The notes beneath the pieces were generated by a model, which had not been told where the DNA came from, did no database searches, and was given only the letters and a program-made list of their open reading frames with translations. The position numbers and the translations under genes were made by a program. From Antedon mediterranea (taxonomy: Eukaryota; Animalia; Echinodermata), in assembly GCF_964355755.1 (NCBI RefSeq), contig NC_092670.1, forward strand, positions 16,912,795 through 16,976,794: a stretch of DNA of 64,000 nt, read 5' to 3'. Positions 62,826 to 64,000 of this stretch are shown here, piece after piece. Numbering within the stretch: the stretch's first letter is position 1; every line of letters starts with the position of its first letter.

Positions 62826-64000
62826 TTTTTATTTTTTATTTTTATTTTTTATTCAATTTTCAGGCACAAAAATACATGACAACAAGACAGCGGTGCAGCA
62901 CCCTGATGATTGCCATGAGTGCAAAGCACTATCGAGATGGCTCTCCATATACTGCACTTGAACAATCAAAATACAAAATTAGTGTACAATGAATATTGAA
63001 AAGAATTGGTTCTGGCATATTTGTGTTTAAAAATAACTGATTCGGAATATCTTGGATTACAATCAACAAAATCATGAATATTAAAATCAATTCGACCATT
63101 CAAACATTTCATAATAAAAAGTATACTGAGAAAACACATTCTCCGGTCCATAGATGGTAAATTTAAATGTTCGAGCCGTTGCTCGTAATCGCCCTTAGCA
63201 CACAATTTTGTGATCCTTCGAAGAGGTTTATTTATGCTAGTAATATGTTGTTTTTGATGAGGCACCCAAACAGAGGCAGCATACTCAAGTATGGGCCTAT
63301 ATAAACCGTTAAAAAGCCTCATCAAAATTACAGGGTCGTTAAATATCACAAAACGCTTTATGAATCCGACAATTTGGAGAGATTTTGTGGTAATTGCGGA
63401 CACATGCGTTGACCAAGAGAGATTGCTTTCGAAGTGAATACCAAGATATTTGTGGGAGGTAACTACTTGAAGGTCATTAGTGTGAATATGATAACGAGCA
63501 TGAATGGGATTACGTTTGCGAGTAATATGGAGAACTTTGCATTTTTTAGCATTAAGTCTCATCATGTTATTTTGACACCATTCATCGATGTTATCTAGAT
63601 CTTTTTGAAGTAATATCGCATCATATTCACATCTAATTGGCCTAAACACCACCGTATCGTCGGCATATTGTCTAATTTGAGAGGTGATCGACATAGGGAG
63701 GTCAAAAACGAACGAGTTGAAAAGTAATGGGCCAAGTACCGACCCTTGAGGTACACCTGAAACAACAGGCGTACGGTCAGATATCAGTCCATTGAGGACA
63801 ATCTGTTGGCAACGATCAGTAAGAAAGGAGCCCATCCATTTCAAAATTGGACCACATAGACCAAAATTGTGGAGCTTACGTAATAGTTTAGGGTGACTCA
63901 CACGGTCAAATGCTTTTTCCCAATCAAGGAATATAGCATCGACGACTGGTGGGTTCGTACCATCTAATATTTTGGACCATTCGTGGTATATGGATGAAGC
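62826..64000 (-). mobile_element. CR1-group LINE, 3' portion (RT domain, C-terminus, 3' UTR, A-rich tail); continues past the right edge
   Basis: RT ORF (next feature); 3' UTR stem agtgc-ttt-gcact and an (AAAAAT)n tail at about 62826-62853. Confidence 0.92.
62966..64000 (-). CDS. LINE ORF2 reverse transcriptase (partial, uninterrupted to the window edge)
   Basis: Frame stays open upstream of the track ORF (…VVDAIFLDWEKAFDRV); motifs GVPQGSVLGPLLF, YADD, KYLGI, RPILEYA. Confidence 0.92.
   Translation of the reverse strand, partial: ASSIYHEWSKILDGTNPPVVDAIFLDWEKAFDRVSHPKLLRKLHNFGLCGPILKWMGSFLTDRCQQIVLNGLISDRTPVVSGVPQGSVLGPLLFNSFVFDLPMSITSQIRQYADDTVVFRPIRCEYDAILLQKDLDNIDEWCQNNMMRLNAKKCKVLHITRKRNPIHARYHIHTNDLQVVTSHKYLGIHFESNLSWSTHVSAITTKSLQIVGFIKRFVIFNDPVILMRLFNGLYRPILEYAASVWVPHQKQHITSINKPLRRITKLCAKGDYEQRLEHLNLPSMDRRMCFLSILFIMKCLNGRIDFNIHDFVDCNPRYSESVIFKHKYARTNSFQYSLYTNFVF

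Noticed and set aside
62900-62940. CTGATGA as a hammerhead core in the LINE 3' UTR
   Set aside because: No GAAA partner after a stem II, and it is antisense to the LINE.

Overview
AT-rich, intron-containing animal genomic DNA; the Deu/Nin-type SINEs and MITE families suggest a marine invertebrate deuterostome, possibly an echinoderm (inference). I reconstructed three spliced minus-strand genes by hand from GT-AG junctions and reading frame. The first is a partial TMC (transmembrane channel-like) gene, TMC-A, with 11 exons at 140-6615 running off the left edge. The second is a complete tandem paralog, TMC-B (TMC7-like), with 17 exons at 11777-29150 and about 764 aa. The third is a complete GTPBP1 translational GTPase with 11 exons at 32817-42551 and about 663 aa. 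A full-length 7SL/SRP RNA gene (31016-31316, minus) lies between TMC-B and GTPBP1. The rest is intronic or intergenic DNA rich in non-autonomous DNA transposons (Harbinger-, Tc1/pogo-, Kolobok-, piggyBac-, AcademH-, Helentron- and Crypton-like), SINEs, two LINE 3' ends and minisatellites. Candidate 5' exons of a plus-strand gene lie at about 48.8-50.9 kb. Most short ORFs in the track are spurious or exon fragments. I found no convincing new multi-gene system; the most unusual signals are structural: self-nesting MITEs, a Penelope-like fragment in a minisatellite, a hairpin-rich dispersed repeat, and a perfect hairpin downstream of the GTPBP1 stop. All TE family names come from termini and TSD patterns, not database searches.
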